A DNA stretch of 64,000 nucleotides, from NCBI RefSeq assembly GCF_009914755.1, contig NC_060925.1; one strand, given 5' to 3'. This document shows, piece after piece, positions 15,201 to 31,000 of the stretch; position 1 is the first letter of the stretch, and every line of letters begins with the position of its first letter. This DNA is from the human T2T-CHM13v2.0 reference genome, Homo sapiens. The notes beneath the pieces were generated by a model. The model saw only the letters and a list, made by a program, of their open reading frames with translations, was not told the DNA's origin and ran no database searches. The translations under genes were made by a program, and so were the position numbers.

Positions 15201-16881
15201 ATCATTGAATGGAATCGAATGGAATCATCATCAGATGGAAATGAATGGAATCTTCATAGAATGGAATCGAATGGATTCATTGAATAGAATCAGATGGAAT
15301 CATCGAATGGACTGGAATGGAATCATTGAATGGACTCGAAAGGGATCATTATTGAATGGAATTGAATGGAATCATCGAATGGTCTCGATTGGAATCATTA
15401 TCAAATGGAATCGAATGGAATCACCGAATAGAATCGAATGGAACAATCATCGAATGGACTCAAATGGAATTATCCTCAAATGGAATCGAATGGAATTATC
15501 GAATGCAATCGAATGGAATTATCGAATGCAATCGAATAGAATCATCGAAAGGACTCGAATGGAATCATCGAATGGAATGGAATGGAACAGTCAATGAACT
15601 CGAATGGAATCATCATTGAATGGAATCGAATGGAATCATCGAGTGGAATCGAATGGAATTATGATCAAATGGAATCGAATGTAATCATCATCAAATGGAA
15701 TCAAAAATAACCATCATCAATTGGTATTGAATGGAATTGTCATCAAATGGAATTCAAAGGAATCATCATCAAATGGAACCGAATGGAATCCTCATTGAAT
15801 GGAAATGAAAGGGGTCATCATCTAATGGAATCGCATGGAATCATCATAAAATGGAATCGAATGGAATCATCATCAAATGGAATCTAATGGAATCATTGAA
15901 CAGAATTGAATGGAATCGTCATCGAATGAATTGAATGCAATCATCGAATGGTCTCGAATGGAATCATCTTCTAATGGAAAGGAATGGAATCATCGCATAG
16001 AATCGAATGGAATTACCATCGAATGGAATCGAATGGTATCAACACCAAACGGAAAAAAACGGAATTATCGAATGGAATCGAAGAGAATCTTCGAATGGAC
16101 CCGAATGGAATCATCTAATGGAATGGAACGGAATAATCCATGGACTCGAATGCAATCATCATCGAATGGAATCGAATGGAATCATCGAATGGACTCGAAT
16201 GGAATAATCATTGAACGGAATCGAATGGAATCATCATCGGATGGAAACGAATGGAATCATCATCGAATGGAAATGAAAGGAGTCATCATCTAATGGAATT
16301 GCATGGAATCATCATAAAATGTAATCGAATGGAATCAACATCAAATGTAATCAAATGGAATAATTGAACGGAATTGAATGGAATCGTCATCGAATGAATT
16401 GAATGCAATCATCGAATGGTCTAGAATGGAATCATCTTCAAATGGAATGGAATGGAATCACCGTATAGTATCGAATGGAAGTATCATCGAATGGAATCGA
16501 ATGGAATCAACATCAAACGGAAAAAAACGGAATTATCGAATGGAATCGAAGAGAATCATCGAATGGACCCGAATGGAATCATCTAATGGAATGGAATGGA
16601 ATAATCCATGGACTCGAATGCAATCATCATCGAATGGAATCGAATGGAATCATCGAATGGACTCGAATGGAATAATCATTGAACGGAATCGAATGGAATC
16701 ATCATCGGATGGAAATGAATGGAATCATCATCGAATGGAATCGAATAGAATTATGGAATGAAATCCAGTGTGATCATCATCGAATGGACCCGAATGGAAT
16801 CATCATCCAACGGAAGCTAATGGAATCAACATCGAATGAATCGAATGGAAACACCATCGAATTGAAACTAATGGAATTATC

Positions 16882-19125
16882 ATGAAATTGAAATGGATGG
16901 ACTCATCATCGAATGGATTCGAATGGAATCATCGAATAAAATTGATTGAAATCATCATCCAATGGAATCGAATGGTATCATTGAATGGAATCGAATGGAA
17001 TCATCATCAGATGGAAATGAATGGAATCGTCATAGAATGGAATCGAATGGATTCATTGAATGGAATCAGATGGAATCATCAAATGGACTGGAATGGAATC
17101 ATTGAATGGACTCGAAAGGGATCATTATTGAATGGAATTGAATGGAATCATCGAATGGTCTCGATTGGAATCATTATCAAATGGAATCGAATGGAATCAC
17201 GGAATAGAATCGAATGGAACAATCATCGAATGGACTCAAATGGAATTATCCTCAAATGGAATCGAATGGAATTATCGAATGCAATCGAATGGAATTATCG
17301 AATGCAATCGAATAGAATCATCGGATGGACTCGAATGGAATCATCGAATGGAATGGAATGGAACAGTCAATGAACTCGAATGGAATCATCATTGAATGGA
17401 ATCGAATGGAATCATCGAGTGGAATCGAATGGAATTATGATCAAATGGAATCGAATGTAATCATCATCAAATGGAATCAAAAATAACCATCATCAATTGG
17501 TATTGAATGGAATTGTCATCAAATGGAATTCAAAGGAATCATCATCAAATGGAACCGAATGGAATCCTCATTGAATGGAAATGAAAGGGGTCATCATCTA
17601 ATGGAATCGCATGGAATCATCATCAAATGGAATCGAATGGAATCATCATCAAATGGAATCTAATGGAATCATTGAACAGAATTGAATGGAATCGTCATCG
17701 AATGAATTGAATGCAATCATCGAATGGTCTCGAATGGAATCATCTTCTAATGGAAAGGAATGGAATCATCGCATAGAATCGAATGGAATTAACATTGAAT
17801 GGACTCGAATGGAATCAACATCAAATGGAATCAAGCGGAATTATCGAATGAAATCGAAGAGAATCATCGAATGGACTCGAATGGAATCATCTAATGGAAT
17901 GGAATGGAATAATCCACGGACTCGAATGCAATCATCATCGTATAGAATCGAATGGAATCATCGAATGGACTCGAATGGAATAACCATTGAACGGAATCGA
18001 ATGGAATCATCATCGGATGGAAACGAATGGAATCATCATCGAATGGAAATGTAAGGAGTCATCATCTAATGGAATTGCATGGAATCATCATAAAATAGAA
18101 TCGAATGGAATCATCATCAAATGGAATCAAATGGAATCATTGAACGGAATTGAATGGAATCGTCATCGAATGAATTGAATGCAATCATCGAATGGTCTCG
18201 AATGGAATCATCTTCAAATGGAATGGAATGGAATCATCGCATAGAATCGAATGGAATTATCATCGAATGGAATCGAAAGGTATCAACATCAAACGGAAAA
18301 AAACGGAATTATCGAATGGAATCGAAGAGAATCTTCGAACGGACCCGAATGGAATCATCTAATGGAATGGAATGGAATAATCCATGGACTCGAATGCAAT
18401 CATCATCGAATGGAATCGAATGGAATCATCGAATGGACTCGAATGGAATAATCATTGAACGGAATCGAATGGAATCATCATCGGATGGAAACGAATGGAA
18501 TCATCATCGAATGGAAATGAAAGGAGTCATCATCTAATGGAATTGCATGGAATCATCATAAAATGGAATCGAATGGAATCAACATCAAATGGAATCAAAT
18601 GGAATAATTGAACGGAATTGAATGGAATCGTCATCGAATGAATTGAATGCAATCATCGAATGGTCTAGAATGGAATCATCTTCAAATGGAATGGAATGGA
18701 ATCACCGCATAGAATCGAATGGAAGTATCATCGAATGGAATCGAATGGAATCAACATCAAACGGAAAAAAACGGAATTATCGAATGGAATCGAAGAGAAT
18801 CATCAAATGGACCCGAATGGAATCATCTAATGGAATGGAATGGAATAATCCATGGACTCGAATGCAATCATCATCGAATGGAATCGAATGGAATCATCGA
18901 ATGGACTCGAATGGAATAATCATTGAACGGAATCGAATGGAATCATCATCGGATGGAAATGAATGGAATCATCATCGAATGGAATCGAATAGAATTATGG
19001 AATGAAATCCAGTGTGATCATCATCGAATGGACCCGAATGGAATCATCATCCAACGGAAGCTAATGGAATCAACATCGAATGAATCGAATGGAAACACCA
19101 TCGAATTGAAACGAATGGAATTATC
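16882..19125 (+). repeat. 2,244-bp unit with three 468-bp subrepeats (copy at 29952-32195)
   Basis: Subrepeat ORF starts at 17686, 18154 and 18622. Marker spacing 2244 = 1776+468. Confidence 0.93.
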
Positions 19126-21283
19126 ATGAAATTGAAATGGATGGACTCATCATCGAATGGATTCGAATGGAATCATCGAATAAAATTGATTGAAATCATC
19201 ATCGAATGGAATCGAATGGTATCATTGAATGGAATCGAATGGAATCATCATCAGATGGAAATGAATGGAATCGTCATAGAATGGAATCGAATGGATTCAT
19301 TGAATAGAATCAGATGGAATCATCGAATGGACTGGAATGGAATCATTGAATGGACTCGAAAGGGATCATTATTGAATGGAATTGAATGGAATCATCGAAT
19401 GGTCTCGATTGGAATCATTATCAAATGGAATCGAATGGAATCACCGAATAGAATCGAATGGAACAATCATCGAATGGACTCAAATGGAATTATCCTCAAA
19501 TGGAATCGAATGGAATTATCGAATGCAATCGAATGGAATTATCGAATGCAATTGAATAGAATCATCAAATGGACTCGAATGGAATCATCGAATGGAATGG
19601 AATGGAACAGTAAATGAACTCGAATGGAATCATCATTGAATGGAATCGAATGGAATCATCGAGTGGAATCGAATGGAATTATGATCAAATGGAATCGAAT
19701 GTAATCATCATCAAATGGAATCAAAAGTAACCATCATCAATTCGTTTTGAATGGAATTGTCATCAAATGGAATTCAAAGGAATCATCATCAAATGGAACC
19801 GAATGGAATCCTCATTGAATGGAAATGAAAGGGGTCATCATCTAATGGAATCGCATGGAATCATCATCAAATGGAATCGAATGGAATCATCATCAAATGG
19901 AATCTAATGGAATCATTGAACAGAATTGAATGGAATCGTCATCGAATGAATTGAATGCAATCATCGAATGGTCTCGAATGGAATCATCTTCTAATGGAAA
20001 GGAATGGAATCATCGCATAGAATCGAATGGAATTATCATCGAATGGAATCGAATGGTATCAACACCAAACGGAAAAAAACGGAATGATCGAATGGAATCG
20101 AAGAGAATCTTCGAACGGACCCGAATGGAATCATCTAATGGAATGGAATGGAATAATCCATGGACTCGAATGCAATCATCATCGAATGGAATCGAATGGA
20201 ATCATCGAATGGACTCGAATGGAATAATCATTGAACGGAATCGAATGGAATCATCATCAGATGGAAACGAATGGAATCATCATCGAATGGAAATGAAAGG
20301 AGTCATCATCTAATGGAATTGCATGGAATCATCATAAAATGGAATCGAATGGAATCAACATCAAATGGAATCAAATGGAATCATTGAACGGAATTGAATG
20401 GAATCGTCATCGAATGAATTGACTGCAATCATCGAATGGTCTCGAATGGAATCATCTTCAAATGGAATGGAATGGAATCATCGCATAGAATCGAATGGAA
20501 TTATCATCGAATGGAATCGAATGGAATCAACATCAAACGGAAAAAAACGGAATTATCGTATGGAATCGAAGAGAATCATCGAATGGACCCGAATGGAATC
20601 ATCTAATGGAATGGAATGGAATAATCCATGGACTCGAATGCAATCATCATCGAATGGAATCGAATGGAATCATCGAATGGACTCGAATGGAATAATCATT
20701 GAACGGAATCGAATGGAATCATCATCGGATGGAAATGAATGGAATCATCATCGAATGGAATCGAATAGAATTATGGAATGAAATCCAGTGTGATCATCAT
20801 CGAATGGACCCGAATGGAATCATCATCCAACGGAAGCTAATGGAATCAACATCGAATGAATCGAATGGAAACACCATCGAATTGAAACGAATGGAATTAT
20901 CATGAAATTGAAATGGATGGACTCATCATCGAATGGATTCGAATGGAATCATCGAATAAAATTGATTGAAATCATCATCCAATGGAATCGAATGGTATCA
21001 TTGAATGGAATCGAATGGAATCATCATCAGATGGAAATGAATGGAATCGTCATAGAATGGAATCGAATGGATTCATTGAATGGAATCAGATGGAATCATC
21101 GAATGGACTGGAATGGAATCATTGAATGGACTCGAAAGGGATCATTATTGAATGGAATTGAATGGAATCATCGAATGGTCTCGATTGGAATCATTATCAA
21201 ATGGAATCGAATGGAATCACCGAACAGAATCGAATGGAACAATCATCGAATGGACTCAAATGGAATTATCCTCAAATGGAATC

Positions 21284-21352
21284 GAATGGAATTATCGAAT
21301 GCAATCGAATGGAATTATCGAATGCAATCGAATGGAATTATCGAATGCAATC
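21284..21352 (+). repeat. 23-bp word expanded from 2 to 3 copies (copy at 34354-34422)
   Basis: GAATGGAATTATCGAATGCAATC x3; other units have x2. Confidence 0.93.
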
Positions 21353-21757
21353 GAATAGAATCATCGAATGGACTCGAATGGAATCATCGAATGGAATGGA
21401 ATGGAACAGTCAATGAACTCGAATGGAATCATCATTGAATGGAATCGAATGGAATCATCGAGTGGAATCGAATGGAAATATGATCAAATGGAATCGAATA
21501 TAATCATCATCAAATGGAATCAAAAATAACCATCATCAATTGGTATTGAATGGAATTCTCATCAAATGGAATTCAAAGGAATCATCATCAAATGGAACTG
21601 AATGGAATCCTCATTGAATGGAAATGAAAGGGGTCATCATCTAATGGAATCGCATGGAATCATCATCAAATGGAATCGAATGGAATCATCATCAAATGGA
21701 ATCTGATGGAATCATTGAACAGAATTGAATGGAATCGTCATCGAATGAATTGAATGC

Positions 21758-22051
21758 AATCATCGAATGGTCTCGAATGTAATCACATTCTAATGGAAAG
21801 GAATGGAATCATCGCATAGAATCGAATGGAATTAACATTGAATGGACTCGAATGGAATCAACATCAAACGGAATCAAGCGGAATTATCGAATGGAATCGA
21901 AGAGAATCATCGAATGGTCTCGAATGGAATCATCTTCTAATGGAAAGGAATGGAATCATCGCATAGAATCGAATGGAATTAACATTGAATGGACTCGAAT
22001 GGAATCAACATCAAATGGAATCAAGCGGAATTATCGAATGAAATCGAAGAG
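21758..22051 (+). repeat. 147-bp tandem duplication (also at 34828 and 39834)
   Basis: AATCATCGAATGGTCTCGAAT at 21758 and 21905, and at 39834 and 39981. Unit lengths 1946 = 1776+23+147 and 1923 = 1776+147. Confidence 0.9.
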
Positions 22052-25000
22052 AATCATCGAATGGACTCGAATGGAATCATCTAATGGAATGGAATGGAAT
22101 AATCCACGGACTCGAATGCAATCATCATCGTATAGAATCGAATGGAGTCATCGAGTGGACTCTAATGGAATAACCATTGAACGGAATCGAATGGAATCAT
22201 CATCGGATGGAAACGAATGGAATCATCATCGAATGGAAATGTAAGGAGTCATCATCTAATGGAATTGCATGGAATCATCATAAAATGGAATCGAATGGAA
22301 TCATCATCAAATGGAATCAAAAGGAATCATTGAACGGAATTGAATGGAATCGTCATCGAATGAATTGAATGCAATCATCGAATGGTCTCGAATGGAATCA
22401 TCTTCAAATGGAATGGAATGGAATCATCGCATAGAATCGAATGGAATTATCATCGAATGGAATCGAATGGTATCAACATCAAACGGAAAAAAACGGAATT
22501 ATCGAATGGAATCGAAGAGAATCTTCGAACGGACCCGCATGGAATCATCTAATGGAATGGAATGGAATAATCCATGGACTCGAATGCAATCATCATCGAA
22601 TGGAATCGAATGGAATCATTGAATGGACTCGAATGGAATAATCATTGAACGGAATCGAATGGAATCATCATCGGATGGAAATGAATGGAATCATCATCGA
22701 ATGGAATCGAATAGAATTATGGAATGAAATCCAGTGTGATCATCATCGAATGGACCCGAATGGAATCATCATCCAACGGAAGCTAATGGAATCAACATCG
22801 AATGAATTGAATGGAAACACCATCGAATTGAAACGAATGGAATTATCATGAAATTGAAATGGATGGACTCATCATCGAATGGATTCGAATGGAATCATCG
22901 AATAAAATTGATTGAAATCATCATCGAATGGAATCGAATGGTATCATTGAATGGAATCGAATGGAATCATCATCAGATGGAAATGAATGGAATCGTCATA
23001 GAATGGAATCGAATGGATTCATTGAATAGAATCAGATGGAATCATCGAATGGACTGGAATGGAATCATTGAATGGACTCGAAAGGGATCATTATTGAATG
23101 GAATTGAATGGAATCATCGAATGGTCTCGATTGGAATCATTATCAAATGGAATCGAATGGAATCACCGAATAGAATCGAATGGAACAATCATCGAATGGA
23201 CTCAAATGGAATTATCCTCCAATGGAATCGAATGGAATTATCGAATGCAATCGAATGGAATTATAGAATGCAATCGAATAGAATCATCGAAAGGACTCGA
23301 ATGGAATCATCGAATGGAATGGAATGGAACAGTCAATGAACTCGAATGGAATCATCATTGAATGGAATCGAATGGAATCATCGAGTGGAATCGAATGGAA
23401 TTATGATCAAATGGAATCGAATGTAATCATCATCAAATGGAATCAAAAATAACCATCATCAATTGGTATTGAATGGAATTGTCATCAAATGGAATTCAAA
23501 GGAATCATCATCAAATGGAACCGAATGGAATCCTCATTGAATGGAAATGAAAGGGGTCATCATCTAATGGAATCGCATGGAATCATCATCAAATGGAATC
23601 GAATGGAATCATCATCAAATGGAATCTAATGGAATCATTGAAAAGAATTGAATGGAATCATCATCGAATTAATTGAATGCAATCATCGAATGGTCTCGAA
23701 TGGAATCATCTTCTAATGGAAAGGAATGGAATCATCGCATAGAATCGAATGGAATTATCATCGAATGGAATCGAATGGTATCAACACCAAACGGAAAAAA
23801 ACGGAATTATCGAATGGAATCGAAGAGAATCTTCGAACGGACCCGAATGGAATCATCTAATGGAATGGAATGGAATAATCCATGGACTCGAATGCAATCA
23901 TCATCGAATGGAATCGAATGGAATCATCGAATGGACTCGAATGGAATAATCATTGTACGGAATCGAATGGAATCATCATCGGATGGAAACGAATGGAATC
24001 ATCATCGAATGGAAATGAAAGGAGTCATCATCTAATGGAATTGCATGGAATCATCATAAAATGGAATCGAATGGAATCAACATCAAATGGAATCAAATGG
24101 AATCATTGAACGGAATTGAATGGAATCGTCATCGAATGAATTGAATGCAATCATCGAATGGTCTCGAATGGAATCATCTTCAAATGGAATGGAATGGAAT
24201 CATCGCATAGAATCGAATGGAATTATCATCTAATGGAATCGAATGGAATCAACATCAAACGGAAAAAAACGGAATTATCGAATGGAATCGAAGAGAATCA
24301 TCCAATGGACTCGAATGGAATCATCTAATGGAATGGAATGGAATAATCCATGGATTCGAATGCAATCATCATCGAATGGAATCGAATGGAATCATCGAAT
24401 GGACTCGAATGGAATAATCATTGAACGGAATCGAATGGAATCATCATCGGATGGAAATGAATGGAATCATCATCGAATGGAATCGAATAGAATTATGGAA
24501 TGAAATCCAGTGTGATCATCATCGAATGGACCCGAATGGAATCATCATCCAACGGAAGCTAATGGAATCAACATCGAATGAATCAAATGGAAACACCATC
24601 GAATTGAAACGAATGGAATTATCATGAAATTGAAATGGATGGACTCATCATCAAATGGATTCGAGTGGAATCATCGAATAAAATTGATTGAAATCCTCAT
24701 CGAATGGAATCGAATGGTATCATTGAATGGAATCGAATGGAATCATCATCAGATGGAAATGAAAGGAATCGTCATAGAATGGAATCGAATGGATTCATTG
24801 AATGGAATCAGATGGAATCATTGAATGGACTGGAATGGAAACATTGAATGGACACGAAAGGGATCATGATTGAATGGAATTGAATGGAATCATCGAATGG
24901 TCTCGATTGGAATCATTATCAAATGGAATCGAATGGAATCACCGAATAGAATCGAATGGAACAATCATCGAATGGACTCAAATGGAATTATCCTCCAATG

Positions 25001-28000
25001 GAATCGAATGGAATTATCGAATGCAATCGAATGGAATTATCGAATGCAATCGAATAGAATCATCGAATGGACTCGAATGGAATCATCGAATGGAATGGAA
25101 TGGAACAGTCAATGAACTCCAATGGAATCATCATTGAATGGAATCGAATGGAATCATCGAGTGGAATCGAATGGAAATATGATCAAATGGAATTGAATAT
25201 AATCATCATCAAATGGAATCAAAAATAACCATAATCAATTGGTATTGAATGGAATTCTCATCAAATGGAATTCAAAGGAATCATCATCAAATGGAACTGA
25301 ATGGAATCCTCATTGAATGGAAATGAAAGGGGTCATCATCTAATGGAATCGCATGGAATCATCATCAAATGGAATCGAATGGAATCATCATCAAATGGAA
25401 TCTGATGGAATCATTGAACAGAATTGAATGGAATCGTCATCGAATGAATTGAATGCAATCATCGAATGGTCTCGAATGTAATCACATTCTAATGGAAAGG
25501 AATGGAATCATCGCATAGAATCGAATGGAATTATCATCGAATGGAATCGAATGGTATCAACACCAAACGGAAAAAAACGGAATTATCGAATGGAATCGAA
25601 GAGAATCTTCGAACGGACCCGAATGGAATCATCTAATGGAATGGAATGGAATAATCCATGGACTCGAATGCAATCATCATCGAATGGAATCGAATGGAAT
25701 CATCGAATGGACTCGAATGGAATAATCATTGAACGGAATCGAATGGAATCATCATCGGATGGAAACGAATGGAATCATCATCGAATGGAAATGAAAGGAG
25801 TCATCATCTAATGGAATTGCATGGAATCATCATAAAATGGAATCGAATGGAATCAACATCAAATGGAATCAAATGGAATCATTGAACGGAATTGAATGGA
25901 ATCGTCATCGAATGAATTGACTGCAATCATCGAATGGTCTCGAATGGAATCATCTTCAAATGGAATGGAATGGAATCATCGCATAGAATCGAATGGAATT
26001 ATCATCGAATGGAATCGAATGGAATCAACATCAAACGGAAAAAAACGGAATTATCGAATGGAATCGAAGAGAATCATCGAATGGACCCGAATGGAATCAT
26101 CTAATGGAATGGAATGGAATAATCCATGGACTCGAATGCAATCATCATCGAATGGAATCGAATGGAATCATCGAATGGATTCGAATGGAATAATCATTGA
26201 ACGGAATCGAATGGAATCATCATCGGATGGAAACGAATGGAATCATCATCGAATGGAATCGAATAGAATTATGGAATGAAATCCAGTGTGATCATCATCG
26301 AATGGACCCGAATGGAATCATCATCCAACGGAAGCTAATGGAATCAACATCGAATGAATCAAATGGAAACACCATCGAATTGAAACGAATGGAATTACCA
26401 TGAAATTGAAATGGATGGACTCATCATCAAATGGATTCGAGTGGAATCATCGAATAAAATTGATTGAAATCATCATCGAATGGAATCGAATGGTATCATT
26501 GAATGGAATCGAATGGAATCATCATCAGATGGAAATGAAAGGAATCGTCATAGAATGGAATCGAATGGATTCATTGAATGGAATCAGATGGAATCATTGA
26601 ATGGACTGGAATGGAATCATTGAATGGACTCGAAAGGGATCATGATTGAATGGAATTGAATGGAGTCATCGAATGGTCTCGATTGGAATCATTATCAAAT
26701 GGAATCGAATGGAATCACCGAATAGAATCGAATGGAACAATCATCGAATGGACTCAAATGGAATTATCCTCCAATGGAATCGAATGGAATTATCAAATGC
26801 AATCGAATGGAATTATCGAATGCAATCGAATAGAATCATCGAATGGACTCGAATGGAATCATCGAATGGAATGGAATGGAACAGTCAATGAACTCGTATG
26901 GAATCATCATTGAATGGAATCGAATGGAATCATCGAGTGGAATCGAATGGAATTATGATCAAATGGAATCGAATGTAATCATCATCAAATGGAATCAAAA
27001 ATAACCATCATCAATTGGTATTGAATGGAATTGTCATCAAATGGAATTCAAAGGAATCATCATCAAATGGAACCGAATGGAATCCTCATTGAATGGAAAT
27101 GAAAGGGGTCATCATCTAATGGAATCGCATGGAATCTTCATTAAATGGAATCGAATGGAATCATCATCAAATGGAATCTAATGGAATCATTGAACAGAAT
27201 TGAATGGAATCGTCATCGAATGAATTGAATGCAATCATCGAATGGTCTCGAATGGAATCATCTTCTAATGGAAAGGAATGGAATCATCGCATAGAATCGA
27301 ATGGAATTAACATTGAATGGACTCGAATGGAATCAACATCAAATGGAATCAAGCGGAATTATCGAATGAAATCGAAGAGAATCATCGAATGGACTCGAAT
27401 GGAATCATCTAATGGAATGGAATGGAATAATCCACGGACTCGAATGCAATCATCATCGTATAGAATCGAATGGAATCATCGAATGGACTCGAATGGAATA
27501 ATCATTGAACGGAATCGAATGGAATCATCATCGGATGGAAAGGAATGGAATCATCATCGAATGGAAATGTAAGGAGTCATCATCTAATGGAATTGCATGG
27601 AATCATCATAAAATAGAATCGAATGGAATCATCATCAAATGGAATCAAATGGAATCATTGAACGGAATTGAATGGAATCGTCATCGAATGAATTGAATGC
27701 AATCATCGAATGGTCTCGAATGGAATCATCTTCAAATGGAATGGAATGGAATCATCGCATAGAATCGAATGGAATTATCATCGAATGGAATCGAATGGTA
27801 TCAACATCAAACGGAAAAAAACGGAATTACCGAATGGAATCGAAGAGAATCTTCGAACGGACCCGAATGGAATCATCTAATGGAATGGAATGGAATAATC
27901 CATGGACTCGAATGCAATCATCATCGAATGGAATCGAATGGAATCATTGAATGGACTCGAATGGAATAATCATTGAACGGAATCGAATGGAATCATCATC

Positions 28001-31000
28001 GGATGGAAATGAATGGAATCATCATCGAATGGAATCGAATAGAATTATGGAATGAAATCCAGTGTGATCATCATCGAATGGACCCGAATGGAATCATCAT
28101 CCAACGGAAGCTAATGGAATCAACATCGAATGAATCGAATGGAAACACCATCGAATTGAAACGAATGGAATTATCATGAAATTGAAATGGATGGACTCAT
28201 CATCGAATGGATTCGAATGGAATCATCGAATAAAATTGATTGAAATCATCATCGAAAGGAATCGAATGGTATCATTGAATGGAATCGAATGGAATCATCA
28301 TCAGATGGAAATGAATGGAATCTTCATAGAATGGAATCGAATGGATTCATTGAATAGAATCAGATGGAATCATCGAATGGACTGGAATGGAATCATTGAA
28401 TGGACTCGAAAGGGATCATTATTGAATGGAATTGAATGGAATCATCGAATGGTCTCGATTGGAATCATTATCAAATGGAATCGAATGGAATCACCGAATA
28501 GAATCGAATGGAACAATCATCGAATGGACTCAAATGGAATTATCCTCAAATGGAATCGAATGGAATTATCGAATGCAATCGAATGGAATTATCGAATGCA
28601 ATCGAATAGAATCATCGAAAGGACTCGAATGGAATCATCGAATGGAATGGAATGGAACAGTCAATGAACTCGAATGGAATCATCATTGAATGGAATCGAA
28701 TGGAATCATCGAGTGGAATCGAATGCAATTATGATCAAACGGAATCGAATGTAATCATCATCAAATGGAATCAAAAATAACCATCATCAATTGGTATTGA
28801 ATGGAATTGTCATCAAATGGAATTCAAAGGAATCATCATCAAATGGAACCGAATGGAATCCTCATTGAATGGAAATGAAAGGGGTCATCATCTAATGGAA
28901 TCGCATGGAATCATCATAAAATGGAATCGAATGGAATCATCATCAAATGGAATCTAATGGAATCATTGAACAGAATTGAATGGAATCGTCATCGAATGAA
29001 TTGAATGCAATCATCGAATGGTCTCGAATGGAATCATCTTCTAATGGAAAGGAATGGAATCATCGCATAGAATCGAATGGAATTACCATCGAATGGAATC
29101 GAATGGTATCAACACCAAACGGAAAAAAACGGAATTATCGAATGGAATCGAAGAGAATCTTCGAACGGACCCGAATGGAATCATCTAATGGAATGGAACG
29201 GAATAATCCATGGACTCGAATGCAATCATCATCGAATGGAATCGAATGGAATCATCGAATGGACTCGAATGGAATAATCATTGAACGGAATCGAATAGAA
29301 TCATCATCGGATGGAAACGAATGGAATCATCATCGAATGGAAATGAAAGGAGTCATCATCTAATGGAATTGCATGGAATCATCATAAAATGGAATCGAAT
29401 GGAATCAACATCAAATGTAATCAAATGGAATAATTGAACGGAATTGAATGGAATCGTCATCGAATGAATTGAATGCAATCATCGAATGGTCTAGAATGGA
29501 ATCATCTTCAAATGGAATGGAATGGAATCACCGTATAGTATCGAATGGAAGTATCATCGAATGGAATCGAATGGAATCAACATCAAACGGAAAAAAACGG
29601 AATTATCGAATGGAATCGAAGAGAATCATCGAATGGACCCGAATGGAATCATCTAATGGAATGGAATGGAATAATCCATGGACTCGAATGCAATCATCAT
29701 CGAATGGAATCGAATGGAATCATCGAATGGACTCGAATGGAATAATCATTGAACGGAATCGAATGGAATCATCATCGGATGGAAATGAATGGAATCATCA
29801 TCGAATGGAATCGAATAGAATTATGGAATGAAATCCAGTGTGATCATCATCGAATGGACCCGAATGGAATCATCATCCAACGGAAGCTAATGGAATCAAC
29901 ATCGAATGAATCGAATGGAAACACCATCGAATTGAAACGAATGGAATTATCATGAAATTGAAATGGATGGACTCATCATCGAATGGATTCGAATGGAATC
30001 ATCGAATAAAATTGATTGAAATCATCATCCAATGGAATCGAATGGTATCATTGAATGGAATCGAATGGAATCATCATCAGATGGAAATGAATGGAATCGT
30101 CATAGAATGGAATCGAATGGATTCATTGAATGGAATCAGATGGAATCATCAAATGGACTGGAATGGAATCATTGAATGGACTCGAAAGGGATCATTATTG
30201 AATGGAATTGAATGGAATCATCGAATGGTCTCGATTGGAATCATTATCAAATGGAATCGAATGGAATCACGGAATAGAATCGAATGGAACAATCATCGAA
30301 TGGACTCAAATGGAATTATCCTCAAATGGAATCGAATGGAATTATCGAATGCAATCGAATGGAATTATCGAATGCAATCGAATAGAATCATCGGATGGAC
30401 TCGAATGGAATCATCGAATGGAATGGAATGGAACAGTCAATGAACTCGAATGGAATCATCATTGAATGGAATCGAATGGAATCATCGAGTGGAATCGAAT
30501 GGAATTATGATCAAATGGAATCGAATGTAATCATCATCAAATGGAATCAAAAATAACCATCATCAATTGGTATTGAATGGAATTGTCATCAAATGGAATT
30601 CAAAGGAATCATCATCAAATGGAACCGAATGGAATCCTCATTGAATGGAAATGAAAGGGGTCATCATCTAATGGAATCGCATGGAATCATCATCAAATGG
30701 AATCGAATGGAATCATCATCAAATGGAATCTAATGGAATCATTGAACAGAATTGAATGGAATCGTCATCGAATGAATTGAATGCAATCATCGAATGGTCT
30801 CGAATGGAATCATCTTCTAATGGAAAGGAATGGAATCATCGCATAGAATCGAATGGAATTAACATTGAATGGACTCGAATGGAATCAACATCAAATGGAA
30901 TCAAGCGGAATTATCGAATGAAATCGAAGAGAATCATCGAATGGACTCGAATGGAATCATCTAATGGAATGGAATGGAATAATCCACGGACTCGAATGCA

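Noticed and set aside
21758-21904. The 147-bp duplication equals the nucleosome core length
   Set aside because: 147 = 3x49 follows from the satellite's own periodicity, so there is no evidence for a nucleosome-based cause.
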